A stretch of DNA of 64,000 nucleotides, from NCBI GenBank assembly GCA_035084275.1, contig CM068757.1, forward strand, positions 6,076,001 to 6,140,000. Reading direction: 5' to 3'. Origin of the DNA: Hydrolagus colliei (lineage: Eukaryota). Shown here in pieces: positions 1 through 30,897 of the stretch; the stretch's first letter is position 1; every line of letters begins with the position of its first letter. The position numbers and the translations under genes are program-made. Under the pieces are notes generated by a model. That model was not told where the DNA came from, did no database searches, and saw only the letters and a program-made list of their open reading frames with translations.

Positions 1-3000
1 ATTCCGTATATACTGTATTGGAATACAATGCTGAAGAAAGCTGGTTAGATTCACAGAAGGTTTACAGCTGTAACGAGCATCTCTTCTTCCATTTTTCTCC
101 TGTTCTCCCCTGAAACACCATTGCAATATCCATTTGGTGTAGTTCGAATTGGAAAGTGAACTCGGTGGGGTGAAAGTTACATTCGCACCCACTGCACTCC
201 ACTGATCCAGCAAACAGCTACAGGGCACGATCCCTACCAAGGATTCCTACTCAAAAATTGTGCGGAATAGTTTACTGGACATGTTTTGATACTGCGCAAC
301 CCAACGCATCAAAAATAAACAGAATGGTAATAAAACAGGCATTACAAAAAAAAAAAGCCTGGGAAAGTCATCTTTGTAAAATAAATGAAAAATTGCATGG
401 CCTTTCCAAAAATATCGCAGAACATAGCTATCCTGCCAGTATTGGAAGAAGACGTTCTAACTCAATGAAAGCTTGTACTTTGCAGCAATAGTGATTTTGC
501 ACTTTACGAACAGGAAGATATGATAGCTTTGGTGAGCTGCCAGGCACTTGAATATCATCCCATGTGGGACCTCTGAAACTAAAGAAAGCCAAATAGAATT
601 TGCAGCTTCTGTAACTGTCAAAGCTATTTCTGCTGCACTCCTGAAATCTGAATTTACAACAGTTTAGCAGAATAGGCGCACTCTGCCGTTTAGTTATGAT
701 ACATCCAATAAATGTCCGTATTGCAATTGTCCTGTGGCTTCTATTTCATTGTGGTTATACTGCAGAATAGTTGGCTTTCATTTTACTTAACGTTTTTTGT
801 TGGGTCTCCCTGGATAGCATTTAAAGGCATCTTCCGGCTAAGCCAAGTAATGTAAAGTGATGGAGCAGGCACTTGGCAACGAATACTTGCAGGTCAACTC
901 CCAAGGTTCCCAGGCTGCGGAATCTGCCTGCTACTGTTGGGATGAGTTTCAGTATTTCTCTACCGGCCGGACTGCTTTTGTGGGGAAGGGGGAAAGGTTA
1001 GATGCAGTCTGTCCCACAAACAGTACACATACAATGCGTGCCTGGCGTCTCAATTGTCAAGACAATTGAACGAGTCGTGATGAGGTTTGCAGTTTGAATC
1101 ACTCGAGCATCTTTTTCCGGATGGAAGCTGAATGGTGGGATAGCAGCGATGGGGAATTTGGGAGAAGAGTGTGTGTGGGGAGGAAGAATAGAGAAACAGA
1201 AAGGAGAATCATCTGGGATTGAAAATGAAATAGAGTCACCATTCTTCCTTACGGCTGGAGCCTTAATAGGAAGCTCAGTAAAGATTACCGACTGGTTTCC
1301 TTGCATATTTTGAATAATTCCTCAAATTCAATTAAAGTTCAGTTGCAGTGTTTCAGCTACATTGAAAACTACACTGCATGAATATGCACGTCACTTTCCA
1401 TTACAGAAAGAAGCTGCTTTATATGAGAGTGTTCGTGATTGCAAAAAAAAATCATGGAAGTGTAGAAAGACTTTGGCAAATGTTTGCTTTACAAGATAAA
1501 TTAACACATCCAACTACTGTAATATATTTTACTCAGAGGCACAATGGAGAATTTAAATCATAATTTATGGACAAAAGCATAAAAAACAGGCTCTGCGAGG
1601 AGGATATGGTTTGTTTCGTAGATAACTTGTAAAGATGGGTTGCAGGCAGGTTAGCAGATGGAAAAGCAGTTCCAAGTCTATTCAAAACGTTTCTGCCAGG
1701 GATCTCTAGTCAGCTTACTATAGCTCAGCTTTAGAATGCAGTAAGTACATTTCACATAGAAGTCCTCGTTGATGGGTTTCAGCAAGTATCTCTGCTACGG
1801 AAGTTGGATTGCTGAGGAATTAATAGTAAGGACCGATAAGAGTAGACAGATTCAATAAGAGAGTTTGTGACAACTCGATAGGTCAAATGGCCTCTGCTCT
1901 GTAAATTGTTTATGATTATAGTAACAGATTTGTTCTCAAGGCTTAAATAGGCTAATCAGTTGAAAGAAATGAAGCTGTACTGATCACTACTCTATACTGT
2001 GCAAAATCCTAAAAAAATTGGGAAAGAAAATCTTTTAGAACTAAAACAAACTGTATAGTATGCAACGCACTCTTCCTTTATGGGATCTAATGAAATCCTG
2101 TCAAACAAACTTTCAATCACACTGTGGGGAGTTTATTTTGGTAAATGGAAGCCCCTCATGATTTCATGAATAGAAGGCCTCTAGTTGAATCCGAGCCAAT
2201 TCTGCTCCAAACCCAAACTCCGCAACTGCCGTTCATTCCTTCAGTGCAGTGACAAAGCGAATGCCTGGCTCAAAGCCACATTTCTATTTCCCCAATGAAA
2301 ACAACCAGCCTTGCCTGAGGCCAAACCCATCAAAGCTTGGCTCAGTTCTGCCAAGTCATTCAAGTCCAGGTAAGGCCCTAGACTGTGAGCCAGTTTTGTC
2401 TCTTCCCCCAAACTGCTGCTCTGCAGTTTGCCACCCAAGATCAACTCCATTGACCAGCCGTCCACACCACCAGTGACTGAGTTGTCAGTTTCTCATCGCT
2501 TGAGAGCAGTGTTTTCCCAAATCTATGGCACTGCATCAAGGGTAGAGTCAGGTGACAGGAAGGGAGCGTTCAACTGAGAAAGCATTCCTTGGGTGTCGAA
2601 TAAGAAATGTTCCGAAACGTGTCGGAATACTTTGCTCTAAAATGCAGAAATTCCGGCCTCAATTGCCGTGCACCAAAGGAAACAGCTGCCTAAGTATCTT
2701 CATTACAAACTCTTAAGGGTCCAAAGAGGAAACATTTCATGAAAATTAGAAATATTTGAATACAAAACCTCTTATACATTCTCTTTCCCCACCACCAACC
2801 CCACCCATCAAAAAATAAGTAAAGGAAGATTTACAAATGTTATTGAGAATTTAGCTTTCCGTTTCACTTTTCTCTTCAGTGCGAATAAGAAAGTGCCAAC
2901 TGCCAAGTGTTCCATTTGTCAGATTACCACCAGTTTGAGAAGTTAAAACGTGTCCAAACTGGGCCACTGGAACTTGTCTTAAATGACTAACGGATGCCTT

Positions 3001-4080
3001 AACTCATAGAGAGGAAATGGATCAACTCTGGGCTACATATGAACCTGTGCCTCATCTGGAGGGGAAAATAGAAGAGACAAAACTAAATAAAATGACCTCA
3101 GCCTCTATGGTAATTAATACCAACTCGAGAGTTGAAAGTCATTTCAATTCCATAGAAATACATCCACCTTCAATCCCATGCTGCAACAATCATGAACAGG
3201 AAATGCTGCTATATATATATATATATCTACTGTATATTCCTCCCTATCATACACATTCCTCTTGCATATTCATTGCAAATTTCCTTTTATAGGGCTGCAG
3301 GTTCCATTACTAGTTGCGTCGATTGCAGAGCAGTTTGTGCATCATGATCCTTGCAAGGGATTCTTTAGAAATGGCAGCCTAGTACAGTACAGTGTGCTTG
3401 TTGTATCAAGACACACAGCACTCTGCGCCCTTAATCACATCAAATGCAATGGTGAGCATTGCATTTCCTGCTCTCAGGGTTTTTAAGATGAAGGATAGGT
3501 TTGCAGGCAGTGCATGTTAGAGACTAACAGATCATTCCCATATGTCATGCGAGCTCTTCATATGACATTTTAACACTGTGAGCACGGCACACATCTACCG
3601 TGATATTACGAATTAATATCAGTCAGATGATAACTAAATGAAGGCTGAAGTACACTGGAGTTCATGTGAACTCTTTCCTATTTCTGCCACGTAAACATAG
3701 CGTTACGCTTTTCCTGATCTTCCTTCTGTAAATGCTATAAATCTCCAGGCGAGAAAGTGAAGCAACGTGATCCACTGCCATGTCCCTGTCTTGCTCACAA
3801 ATGACTTAGGGGTGGAATTTGAATGAGATGATATATAGTGCATTGGAAGTTCATAAGCCAGGCTTTTCTGCAGCAGCCCATGAACTTTTGAAACTCATTT
3901 CACTTCTGATGGAATCTGCTGGAACTATCAGCTTTGTTTCAAAGGTTTAGTTCAAGGGATGGAATAGGCAAGTTAGTCACTTTTACTGTTAACCTCAAGC
4001 TTTTGGTTCTCAGCTGCAACACAATTGGATTGAAAATGTAAAGCCACATTAAGATTAAACAGCAGGTAAATCTGAGGCAA

Positions 4081-4360
4081 TAATAATAACAATAATAATC
4101 CTTGCATTTGATATACAGCTTTTCACATCTTCTAGACGTCTCAAAGCGCTTCAGAATATACTGTAAAGTGAATTGACTGTATATTTGTGGGCGAATTGCA
4201 GCCAATTGCGCAGTGTGCCACAAAAAGTGGTGGATTGAAAATGACCAATTTTATTATTGTGTTTTTTTTTGGAGGGATTATTATTAGGCGTGTGGATAAG
4301 GAAACTTGCCCAAGGTTTCACCCTGACCTGCCTGGATTCAAACAAAGGCGACTGAGCTAT
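4081..4360 (-). mobile_element. SINE copy (same family), head partly deleted
   Basis: Reverse complement of the family tail/body, ending in CTGAGCTA (A-box). Confidence 0.85.
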
Positions 4361-5279
4361 AGGACTAAATGTTGAATGTAGTGCTTACCTGCGCTTGAAA
4401 CATTTCTAAAATTTAGGGAAAAATACTGTTAAAGAAACTTGGATTTAAAAAAAACATGTTTTGGACTTTTGTTTAAAAAGAAATGTGAAAGATTTACTGG
4501 AGCCTTTAGGGATTGAAAATCAAATAGCTTTACCATGAAATACAATCTAAAGTCATTCGAAAGAGGTTAAGCATTGGATATTCTAACAAATGTGCATTTT
4601 GCCCCGTGAGCTTCTGGGGACTATTCATTCTGACCACCATCTGAACTGCAACAAACGAGGTTAGAAGAAAACAGCATTACGTAAGAGTTCTGCTGATTTC
4701 ATATTAGCCTTAACCTTCGACTTGCAAATTTGAGAGAATACTTCACTTGAAACCAGCTGATATTCATTGCGATAAAGCTGTGCCTTGTGACCAGTTCATG
4801 TCCAGAAGATGAGTCAGAAATCATAGCATTCGAGCTATTTGCCCAAGTTTTTAACTAGTGGGGATATACCGTAGTAGGAATCAGTTTAGTTAAACCATGT
4901 GAAGAGAAGCTTTGAAAAATTAAATCCAACAATAAATACATTGTATTGTGTGCTGTGGTACTATTGGTTTAATAGAAAAAAAAGTTTTAATATAAAACCC
5001 TCAGCAACAAATCAAGATAGGTACTGTATAATCCTTGATAATTCCATCATTTAGTGGGTTAATTGCTCCATTACGATCCTAGACATTATTGGTCCATTAA
5101 GTTTACCACAGGAAGTGGCCCGCCTGTCTCAGTTTATCTCATTATCCCCAGGATTGGCATGTTGATGTAAGGGATTGAAATCAAAGATCTCAATGCAATT
5201 GTCTCTTAAATGACCAAGAGGAATCGCATATGGTGTCCATAGCTTTAAAACCAGAATATTGCATGTTGTCTACTGGGTG

Positions 5280-6110
5280 AGGTTTGCTAACGCTCGTCTC
5301 ACATCAGCATCCATTTTCCCCCCTCCTACCACAGAACGAGAAATATTCCCATTTTACCCAATTCAGAGCTCAAGTTCTCTTGTCTCCATTCTGCTCAACT
5401 CATCCACTTGATCCGCACATTCCTCTGTACTCTCTACCAAGCTTCTGTTGATCTTTTTATAATGGGCCAATCATTACCGTATTCAAAGTACTGTAGGTGA
5501 GGTCTGAACAGTTCATTTTGCAGCCTTGTATAATCCGTGAAGATTTACTCTTATCATTCTGGCTGTATCCATTTCACTTTCATCGTGTTTCAATGTGTTT
5601 CATCACATTGCCCATCATCGAAACTGCCTACTATAACTTCCTTTCTGGGTCTCGCTATGATAGCGTCTGTCCCAACAATGGTTTTCTTAGAATGCACCAC
5701 CGTGGAGGAATGTTTAATAACTCAAATTAATTTTTACCATGGTTTGCCCAGTCGCATGCAGTTCTAAATCTTTCTGCAACTCCTTTGCCTCCACCACTCT
5801 CCGTATTGAAGTGTCATTGGCATTTTCAACAAGCTTGTATTTAGAATTAATTTCCAGATCATTATTGTAAGATTAGAAACAGAGGTACAAGTACTTCAGT
5901 ACTGCACAGACCATTTCCACATTATTCCCATCATAAGTACTCTACGCTTCCTATTTAATCAACGTCTTGTGCTCTGCCCTGGATTCCTCTGGGGTTTTAG
6001 TTTCAATCAGATGGAAATTATTCAAAGCTGCTGAAAAATCCAAGGGAACTAACTACATCATGGTATAATCCACGCAGCTTCCCTGAAGAAATCAAGGAAC
6101 CTTAAATGAA
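5280..6110 (-). mobile_element. Degraded CR1-type LINE reverse transcriptase fragment
   Basis: Minus strand shows decayed RT-region sequence near 5810-5870 resembling the ...NDL...SKFADDT motif; many stops and frameshifts. Confidence 0.55.
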
Positions 6111-6189
6111 GGTTGGCTGTTTCTTATTAAATTAGTATTGTACAGGTTCATCTTCAGCCAACTCTCGAGAATAGTAATCGTTGATATGG

Positions 6190-6425
6190 AACTGCATTCA
6201 ACAAAAGTAATCAAACAGTAGGTTTCACCTTGAGGGTATTGGACTATAAATCAAACAAAGTTATTTGAATCCCGCATTGAGATCTTGTCAAAGCCACATT
6301 TGGAATAATGTGGGCTGCTTTGGTCGCCATGTCTTGAAATAGACTAGGAATTATTGGAACGGATTCACAGGAAGAATTACAAGAACAATTCCAGGAACTC
6401 AAAAGTTCAAGCTTAGAGAACTGGA
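6190..6425 (+). mobile_element. Degraded CR1 LINE fragment
   Basis: GCCACATTTGGAATAATGTGGGCTGCTTTGGTCGCC resembles the CR1 ORF2 RPHLEYCVQFWSP coding sequence. Confidence 0.6.
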
Positions 6426-6968
6426 CTTGGTTTCATTTTTTTTTAAATGGACATCCGAATGTCCACTTCACATATTTAGCACCTTCCGCAATAATGCAAT
6501 TAAATTTGAACACTTTGCTTACCTTCCCTCTTCTGAGCTTGTGTACTTGCCTCTAGTTTGTAGAATTTGTTAAATATATTTGGGGGGATTTTGTGGATCT
6601 TATCCCTTTGGGAACTTATCCTGATCCACATAGATAGATGCCTCTACATTTAGTCACCCTCTTTCCGGCCTCACTTACACATTGTTTATGTACGATGTAA
6701 ATAGTATCAGCTCCAAGGCACCCGACTAATTGTCCTATTCCATGTGATACAGCACCGTGTACCACTGCCTTCCCATGACTCATCCCATTTCCCATCCATT
6801 TCAGCAACGTCTCCTGTCATTTTGTCTCTTCCAGCCATTAGAACTCACATTGTGTCAAAACCTTTGCTGTATCATTGTCAATTCAGATCATTTGTGAAAG
6901 AGGTATTATAAATGAACATGGGAACGTAGGGTTCTCGTGAGATAAGTGAAAGAGATACAACTATTAAG

Positions 6969-7883
6969 TAGGGAACGGCGATATATCGGTATATCGCTAA
7001 AACCCGATATGATTTTCATATCGATATGCCGATATAGACATTTTAAAAATATCGATATGTCGAAAAACAATATATCGAGGTAAAAAATCAGGATGCGTGC
7101 ACAATCAACTACAAGACCCAGAATGCTCATCTCTATACACAATGCACAGACCGAGGTGCAAAGCCACCATCTTGTATTCATAGTCCTCGAATACAATATA
7201 CAGGTATGCAAGGGGTGGGGGGAGAGAGACGGCTGTGGGTGGGGGGGGGGTGAGGGAGAGAGAGATGGCTGGGGGGAGGAGGAGAGGGGGGAGAGACGGC
7301 TGGGGGGAGGGGGAGATAGACGGCTGGGGGGGAGAAGAGGGGGAGAGAGACGGCTGGGGGGAGGGGGAGAGAGATGGCTGGGGGGGGAGGGAGAGAGAGA
7401 CGGCGGGTGGGGGAGGAGAGGGGGAGAGAGACGGCTGGGGGGAGGGGGAGAGAGACGGCTGGGGGGGGGAGGGAGAGAGAGACGGCGTGGGGGGGGGGGG
7501 AGGGAGAAAGAGACGGCTGGGGGGGTGGTGGGGGAGAGAGACGACGGGGGTGGGGGGTGCGAGAGAGGGACGGCGGGGGGGGGGGGTGGGGGGAGAGAGA
7601 CGGGGTGGATGTGATAATGTACAGATAGATAGAGATGGGGGGGGATGTGAGAGAGGAGAGAGGGAGAGAGACATAGAGAGACACAGACAGAAAAACACAG
7701 AGATGGAGAGAGTGAGAGAAAGATATTTACCTCCTGAGAAGATAGGCCCCGAATGCGCGCGCACTCGGATGCGCGCGCGCATGCGCAGTACGGAAAAACT
7801 AAAAATATCGATATTTCGGTATATCTCGATATGAGCCAACCGATATATCCATATCCGGAAAATTCCCATATCGCCGTTCCCTA
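6969..7883. mobile_element. Non-autonomous hAT DNA transposon (MITE), 915 bp
   Basis: Perfect 16-bp TIRs TAGGGAACGGCGATAT (6969-6984 / 7868-7883); 8-bp TSD CTATTAAG (6961-6968 and 7884-7891); repeated subterminal CGATAT/ATATCG motifs at both ends. Confidence 0.93.
7212..7610 (+). repeat. G-rich minisatellite inside the hAT MITE
   Basis: Many degenerate copies of a roughly 21-26 nt unit, GGAGAGAGACGGCTGGGGGGAGG. Confidence 0.9.
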
Positions 7884-8363
7884 CTATTAAGACACTCCAG
7901 GACAACGATGACATTTCATGATATTTCAGGATTGTCATAGGAATACTTAAAAGATGTTTCACTTTAACATTAAATGAAAACTTAAACTTCCCTCAGCTTT
8001 GCAAAGAGTAAGAAGCAATCACATGATGCCCTTTCACACTGAATGATAAATGCAACCGTTGGTGCTTTAAGGCTTAATACATGGGCCTGACTGTGAGCAG
8101 GAAGCTCCTGTTACGAGCAAGTCACACAGTCCACAAGAAGATCAGTGTAGTCAACCTATACAGCAGACAAAATATTTGGAATGTCCTGTCATCCTCAGGA
8201 AGTGGCAACGGCAAGAGTAGCTTTTACAACCAGTAACATGTTTAGTTATTATTGAAAGGTTATAAAAAGGTATTTGAAAGTCACAGAAAAATATGAATTG
8301 GAATGCATTCAAGCGGTATTCACTGAACTGTCATTGCTATCTCTTCCTCTTCCTCTTCTGCAG

Positions 8364-25019
<16,656 letters not shown>

Positions 25020-25826
25020 AAGCAGAGCACAAACTGGTGGGGCCAGCTTTGTGTACAGTGCTAATGAACATTCCCCTTCTCCCCCATTATATTTCCTGCC
25101 TGGTTGTTGTTTGATGCTGTTGTTAACTTTAACCGAGACAGAGGTGACCGTGGTATCCGCGGTAAATATCTAACCTGGGAAATCGTGGCCGGAATGGAAC
25201 TTCAGGTTAGACAACTCGGGAGGCTTGCAGAAATGCACGCTTGATGAATTTGCTTTCCCCTCCGCTCCCTCCCCGCATTGAGTGTTGATGCACTCGACGG
25301 CAGGGGCCATTTCCCCTCTTACCCAAAGTGCTGCTGACAAAAGACAGGAGCAATGCAAACTCCCCGGTGAGTGAAATGAGACAAAATCTTCCTCTACATA
25401 TTTACAGGCTTTCCCCAAAGGTACAACATTTTCATACCTACATTGTGGTGTTCGTAAGGCTGTACGTACGTGTTGCAGAAGTAGACAATAAGATTTTGAA
25501 GACAAACGTGGCAGCTATTTTGCACTGAAAGGGTCCCACAAACAGTCACGAGTCGAACGACCAGTTTATCTTGATAACTGCTGGCCAGAGCACCAGGAGT
25601 GCAAATAGTGTCCTGGGATCTTTACCATCAATTTGAACCGACAGGTGGAACGCACAGTGTGTCAATAGCCTCCCAGATAAATCAATTCAGTGTTTTGTTG
25701 GGGGCAGGGGTTAAAAAAAAAGTTGCAAGGCCATCAAGAGTGACATAAAATGAAACTGTTTCAGTAGAGATTTTTACGAAGTTAAAATTGTGCTGATCTA
25801 TGGAGAAACATGTAGCCTGTAAGATC

Positions 25827-25857
<31 letters not shown>

Positions 25858-26438
25858 TCTTACCACTCCTCGCCCTCACATCACAAACACGCAATATTCA
25901 ATGTAAAAAAAAAACAGGGTCAAATGTAATAACTCTTAACACACAGGTAAGATTTAGGCTGGATCAAAGGTATTTGACTGCATCTAGATTAATTGTTGTT
26001 TTTGGCCCACAGTGACTATATTAGTAACTATGTGATGATAAGGGATGATAGTGGTGGAAGCTGGCTGCTTTGATTCAGCGCATTGCAAAGCATTCCCCGC
26101 ATTTGAGGGATTGAGAATTGTACGGATGGGCGGAGGCAACTGATAACTCGAGGTGGGGGGGGGGGGGGAGGGGGAGAGGGCGTTTGTTCAATGAACAAAA
26201 ACAAGAACGATCGCAAACTGGAAATCATGCTGCCCAGTGTGATGGCAGTGACATCCTGCCCTTCCCAAGAAATCCTTGGGAGCTGGTCAGTTTGCAGTGA
26301 GGGGGAGGTGACTTAACAGCTCAGCGCACACCAGGCACACTCGCGTTATCTCAATGTGAAACGACACAAGCATATTGTGTTTAAAAAAAAGTAGTCAGTA
26401 ATTTATGTGAAGCGAATTCAGTACCGTGTGTGTGTACG

Positions 26439-26474
<36 letters not shown>

Positions 26475-28329
26475 GGGATGTGTAGAAACAGTAGTTAAAA
26501 GCAGCCAAGTTCTTTTTTTAAAAAAAAACACATGTTTTGTTAAGGCTGACGATTTAATGCAGGGGACGGCAATGTTCTGGAAGATTGATTTGAACGCGGC
26601 TTTGATGGGAGTGAGGTATTTCTGTGGCAAGTGTACTGACAAGCTGGGATTTCCCCTTTAAGACAACTTAATGCCCCCCTGCGGTGACCTTATGTTTCTG
26701 GGCTCCCAACAGTGGGATTCCTTTGTTTGAAGGTAGAGCGCTGGGAACACTTTAGATTTTCAGGATTCACACGCACCCTGGAGTTCAGCAAGAGGGGGGG
26801 CCAGTTCAAACCTGAACTTGCTGCTGGCTCCGAGCACATCATAATTAAGTCCATCCACCAGGATATTAGATCCAGGACAATGCAAAAAAAAAAATCACTA
26901 AAAACCTCTTTTAGATTGTTCAATTCGGGAGATTTTCTGTTGATGTCAGAACGCAAGACTTTAAGGGTGGAATTCCTGACATTATCACCGGGAACACATC
27001 AAACGTCACAAACGACATACCACAGACAAAGTGCTCTGTTGCCAGATAATTGAATAAGAAAAGTGGAACGAAAACATATATATTTTCACTGTAATTCCTA
27101 CTTCTGGAGGATGACGAGAGTGCTCCTTTTCTTAAAAAAAACTAATTTTAGTTTACACAACTGCAAATCTTTCCATCAAATTACCCCCCCAAACTCCCAA
27201 CAACAACATCTTGCATTTATATTGCGCCTCTCACGCAGGGAAGCATCTGAGATTCAGCCAAGGTACAGTTCCATGGTTGCAAGCTCAAAATCTGTTTTTT
27301 TGTTGTTTAAAAAAAGCAGTGAATCATCCTCTCTTGGCTTTGGTTCATTCATTTTCACTGGTGGAAGTCAGAAAGCGGTGGCATTTGGTGTCTAGAGCCA
27401 CTCAGACACTGCAATATTATTGTAAGTAACCTGTCAAAGAGTGCCATTGTTATAATCTGACTCTTGAAGGATGCAGGATTGGTACAGCATTGTGAACGAT
27501 CTGAAATTGGACACATTTGGGGCTATACTCTTTGCTCGTCTGTAAATTTCCCACGGTTTCTGCGCGCAATTAGAATGAGTTTCCTTTAAGAACCGCCGAT
27601 CATGGTACATTTGCCATCAAGCGAAGACATATACAGTACCACCTCTTCAGTAACTGGTACAATAACTACCTCATTTGGTCTGCCGTTCATTACCGTATAC
27701 CACCATTGCAGCAGTCAAGCACAGCTAACGGAAATGGAGATATGGGAATTTCGGGCACAGAAAGGGCAATGAAGAGGTGGGGTTGCAGAGATAGTTTTGG
27801 ATACGCATCAGAGGAAGGTAATTTTCAAGCCCAGAGTCTATGAGATAGAGAACCACTGGTAATCCTCCAATTTAGTTTTTGACGGATTGTGATTGAGCAA
27901 TGCGGGCCTGTTCTCTGGAGATCATAGTTGAGGCACAGTGGGTCAGTTTCGGTGTCAACAATGCGAGTAGGGGCAAGTGTGTGTGGTATGTCATCCTATA
28001 AGATAGCCATACTGGGAAGTGCGAGTACAAACAGACACTGTATGGAAGCTGGGTGCTGGAAGGTAATTAGTTACTGTTTTGTTTTGTGTTGTCAAGATGG
28101 TACCCAGGAAACACAAGTTCACAATTAGGTCTCAGGATATATTTATGTTGCTTAGTATAAGCGCCCCACTTTGTAAAGTGTACTGTTATTTTGGCTTATT
28201 TTGGCACTAACCAATGTTTTCAAACGCATATCACATTTTAATTAGGGAATTACTGGATTCGCAGTGATGTTCCAGCTATGTTTGTAGACAGAGGTGGACA
28301 ATTGAGTTTCTTTTCTAGGAATGTCTTGG

Positions 28330-28455
28330 GACAAATATACAGTTTACGCCCACAAATATACAGTTAATTTTCCTACTTTCCTTCCCCAAACTCTGTGAAG
28401 CGCTTTGGGACATCGATAAAACGTGGAAAGCGCTATATAAACTTAAGGATTACCT
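28330..28455 (+). mobile_element. SINE 3' fragment (related subfamily)
   Basis: CCCACAAATATACAG...TGTGAAGCGCTTTGGGACATCG...AAAGCGCTATATAAA. Confidence 0.72.
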
Positions 28456-30882
28456 ACTTAACAAATCAAAAGGTTATTGAAATGTCAGAACAGGGGGATG
28501 CAGAGTTGAAGCGAGTTTAATTTCAAGGAATGGAGCCAAATTGAGGAGTGAGTGAGTGAGTCTTATCTGTCCCACTTCAGCTCAGTTCATTAGCAGCGCA
28601 GGGAGAGGGGATACAGAATAAAGTAACTCTACATCATTGTAAGCTTTTTAGCAGTATTAAAAACAAACGATTCCTCCCAAGATAAATCAGTGAATCCGAT
28701 AAGTTGAGTGAAGTTTTTACAGAAGAGGTGTCCTTTCTTTTGGAAACCAGTCTAACTGTAACCCTGTTGCCTGTCATGATTTGGCCATTGCTCCGTGCTC
28801 ACTTACTCAAGAAAAGCCACTTCCCTCCTTCCAGACATTCCATTGTTGCCAGTTCATTTTCATTAGGAGCTCCATTACTATTTACTTCTGTAAATTATTG
28901 CAGTCATTTTGCTGTTTTTCCCCTCCCCCCCCCCCCCCCCCCCCCCCCCGCCCCTCCACCACACCCTCCTGATTTGAGTATGCCTACAGCAAAACAAATG
29001 TGTTGGATAGAGCTGTGCAGTTTGTAAATAATGAACAATAACAGATATGAAATAGTTCTAGTTCTATTGTGTAGAGATTTGGTAGCGGGATCTGAATTTA
29101 TTTTCATGCATGTAATTAGTTTAATTGTGGAAAATGACCGATTATTTGGAATGTATACGAAACCAGGTCAGATCAAACGAAATACAACACTAACAAGTCG
29201 ATCACAATATCAATAATAAAACAAAAGCTGCATAAGTGTTCGTATGCAGAAAGTGGAGTATAAAGCTCTAAAGTTGCCCACAAATTCAATCCAACAAACA
29301 TGTTTGAACATACTGCAGGTGAAGCGGCTGCTGTTTGTAGAGGATACTTACTGGCGGCAGCACTACACCATTTAGGAATTATTTGTTGAATAATGTTATG
29401 AATGACCCACACAATTGTAATAAATTCACCATTTAATTTTGGCCAAACCTCTTAAGTACGTACTTTTAAGGTGTTCTGTGAATGACACAAGTGCACAAGT
29501 GTTCATAAGCTTTTTAGAATACAAAAATGTCTACTTCGTAATGTTTCTGCGTTGCTTGTATCAGGGCAGCCTCAGATTTTTTCAGCCTTCTCTCTTTCCC
29601 CCGCTCCGCCCAGCAACAGTTAAGATGAGGCAAACCACTGTGCAGGGGATGGGGGCAGAACTCACGAGGCTTCATCGTTCTACTACCAAACCCACTTACC
29701 ACTGTCCACATACACACATTTGGTTTTAATATTCCCCAGTGGTTTTACATGAACTACTCTCCAGAAGGGAGTGGTTGTTATACTGAGAAGGCCTGAACAC
29801 CCATTTTTAGTGGAATGAAATGGCATTAAATTTATCCCACGTTTTACTTTCTATTCCTTCAAATAAACTTTCCTTCCACTGTAAAGTCAGATTTCCTCCT
29901 TGCTGAGAATCCTTAAGTGTTCTTCCCCAGTAATAAATCACCAAACTATAAATCTCTGGCCCCCCTGTGAGACATTCTGGTTTGTGTTTTTCAACGTATT
30001 GCTCTTAAGCATCTGCTTCACACACACTCTGCCCAAAGACTGAAACTTATTGCACCAAAAGTGATTCGGTTGCAAACAACAATCTGTAATTAAATACAAA
30101 AACATTACATATGCTCCCAAAATAGGCGCTAACACTATGTCATGCCTTAGTGGTAATGCAATTATATTCAAAAGGGCCATCTGACCAAAATAGAAGGCAG
30201 CGAGGGCACCACAAAGTTTCATTTGGGGCAAGGTTCCAGTGTGGTTTTATCTTTTTTTAAAAAAACACATTTGATTTGATATACAATATCCGTACATTTA
30301 AAATAAAAAACCCCACCTAATTTGCTTTTGTTTGGTTCAGCAACTTCAAGCTTCAGTTTCTAAATTCGGGATTCATTGGGTATCAAATTCCACATCTCAA
30401 ACCTCAGCTCATTGCGATAACTTTGTGACACATTCAGGGATTGTCAGAACTGCTCCGAGTGTGTGTTTGGTGGTGGGGGGAGGAGACGATGTGTCTAGTT
30501 TGTAATATTGCCAAACAAGGTTGGAAGCGTTAAAACATCCAGATTTGTGATATCTGTAAAATGACTAAACTAGCGTTTTCTGAAAGCTGCCACTTTCTAC
30601 ATGTTCATTAATGTGATCTTAACCAAAAAGACTGAACCTCTCATGCTGCCAATCAACACTGAAAAACAGCTATCAACAGGGGGCATCAGCCTTCGGAGTT
30701 TGCAGATAGCAAACCTTTCAATGCAGCTGCAATTGATTTATCAATCTGACCTGAAGCTTTCTACACATCCCATGATAATCATGTCTGTAAGTGTTGCTAT
30801 GCTTTTTAATCACCCTGTATGTATACACATACTTACTCCTATTAAACTAATGTTCTACTTTCTTTGGTAACATTGCCTTTCT

Positions 30883-30897
30883 AATAAAAGGTTTATT
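30883..30897. terminator. Candidate back-to-back polyadenylation signals
   Basis: AATAAA (+, 30883-30888) and TTTATT (AATAAA on -, 30892-30897) between the convergent genes. Confidence 0.35.

Noticed and set aside
7093-7962. Overlapping long ORFs (173, 285, 168, 199 aa) rich in Gly/Glu/Arg or Pro/Ser/Leu
   Set aside because: They are translations of the stop-free G-rich minisatellite inside the MITE and have no transposase motifs.
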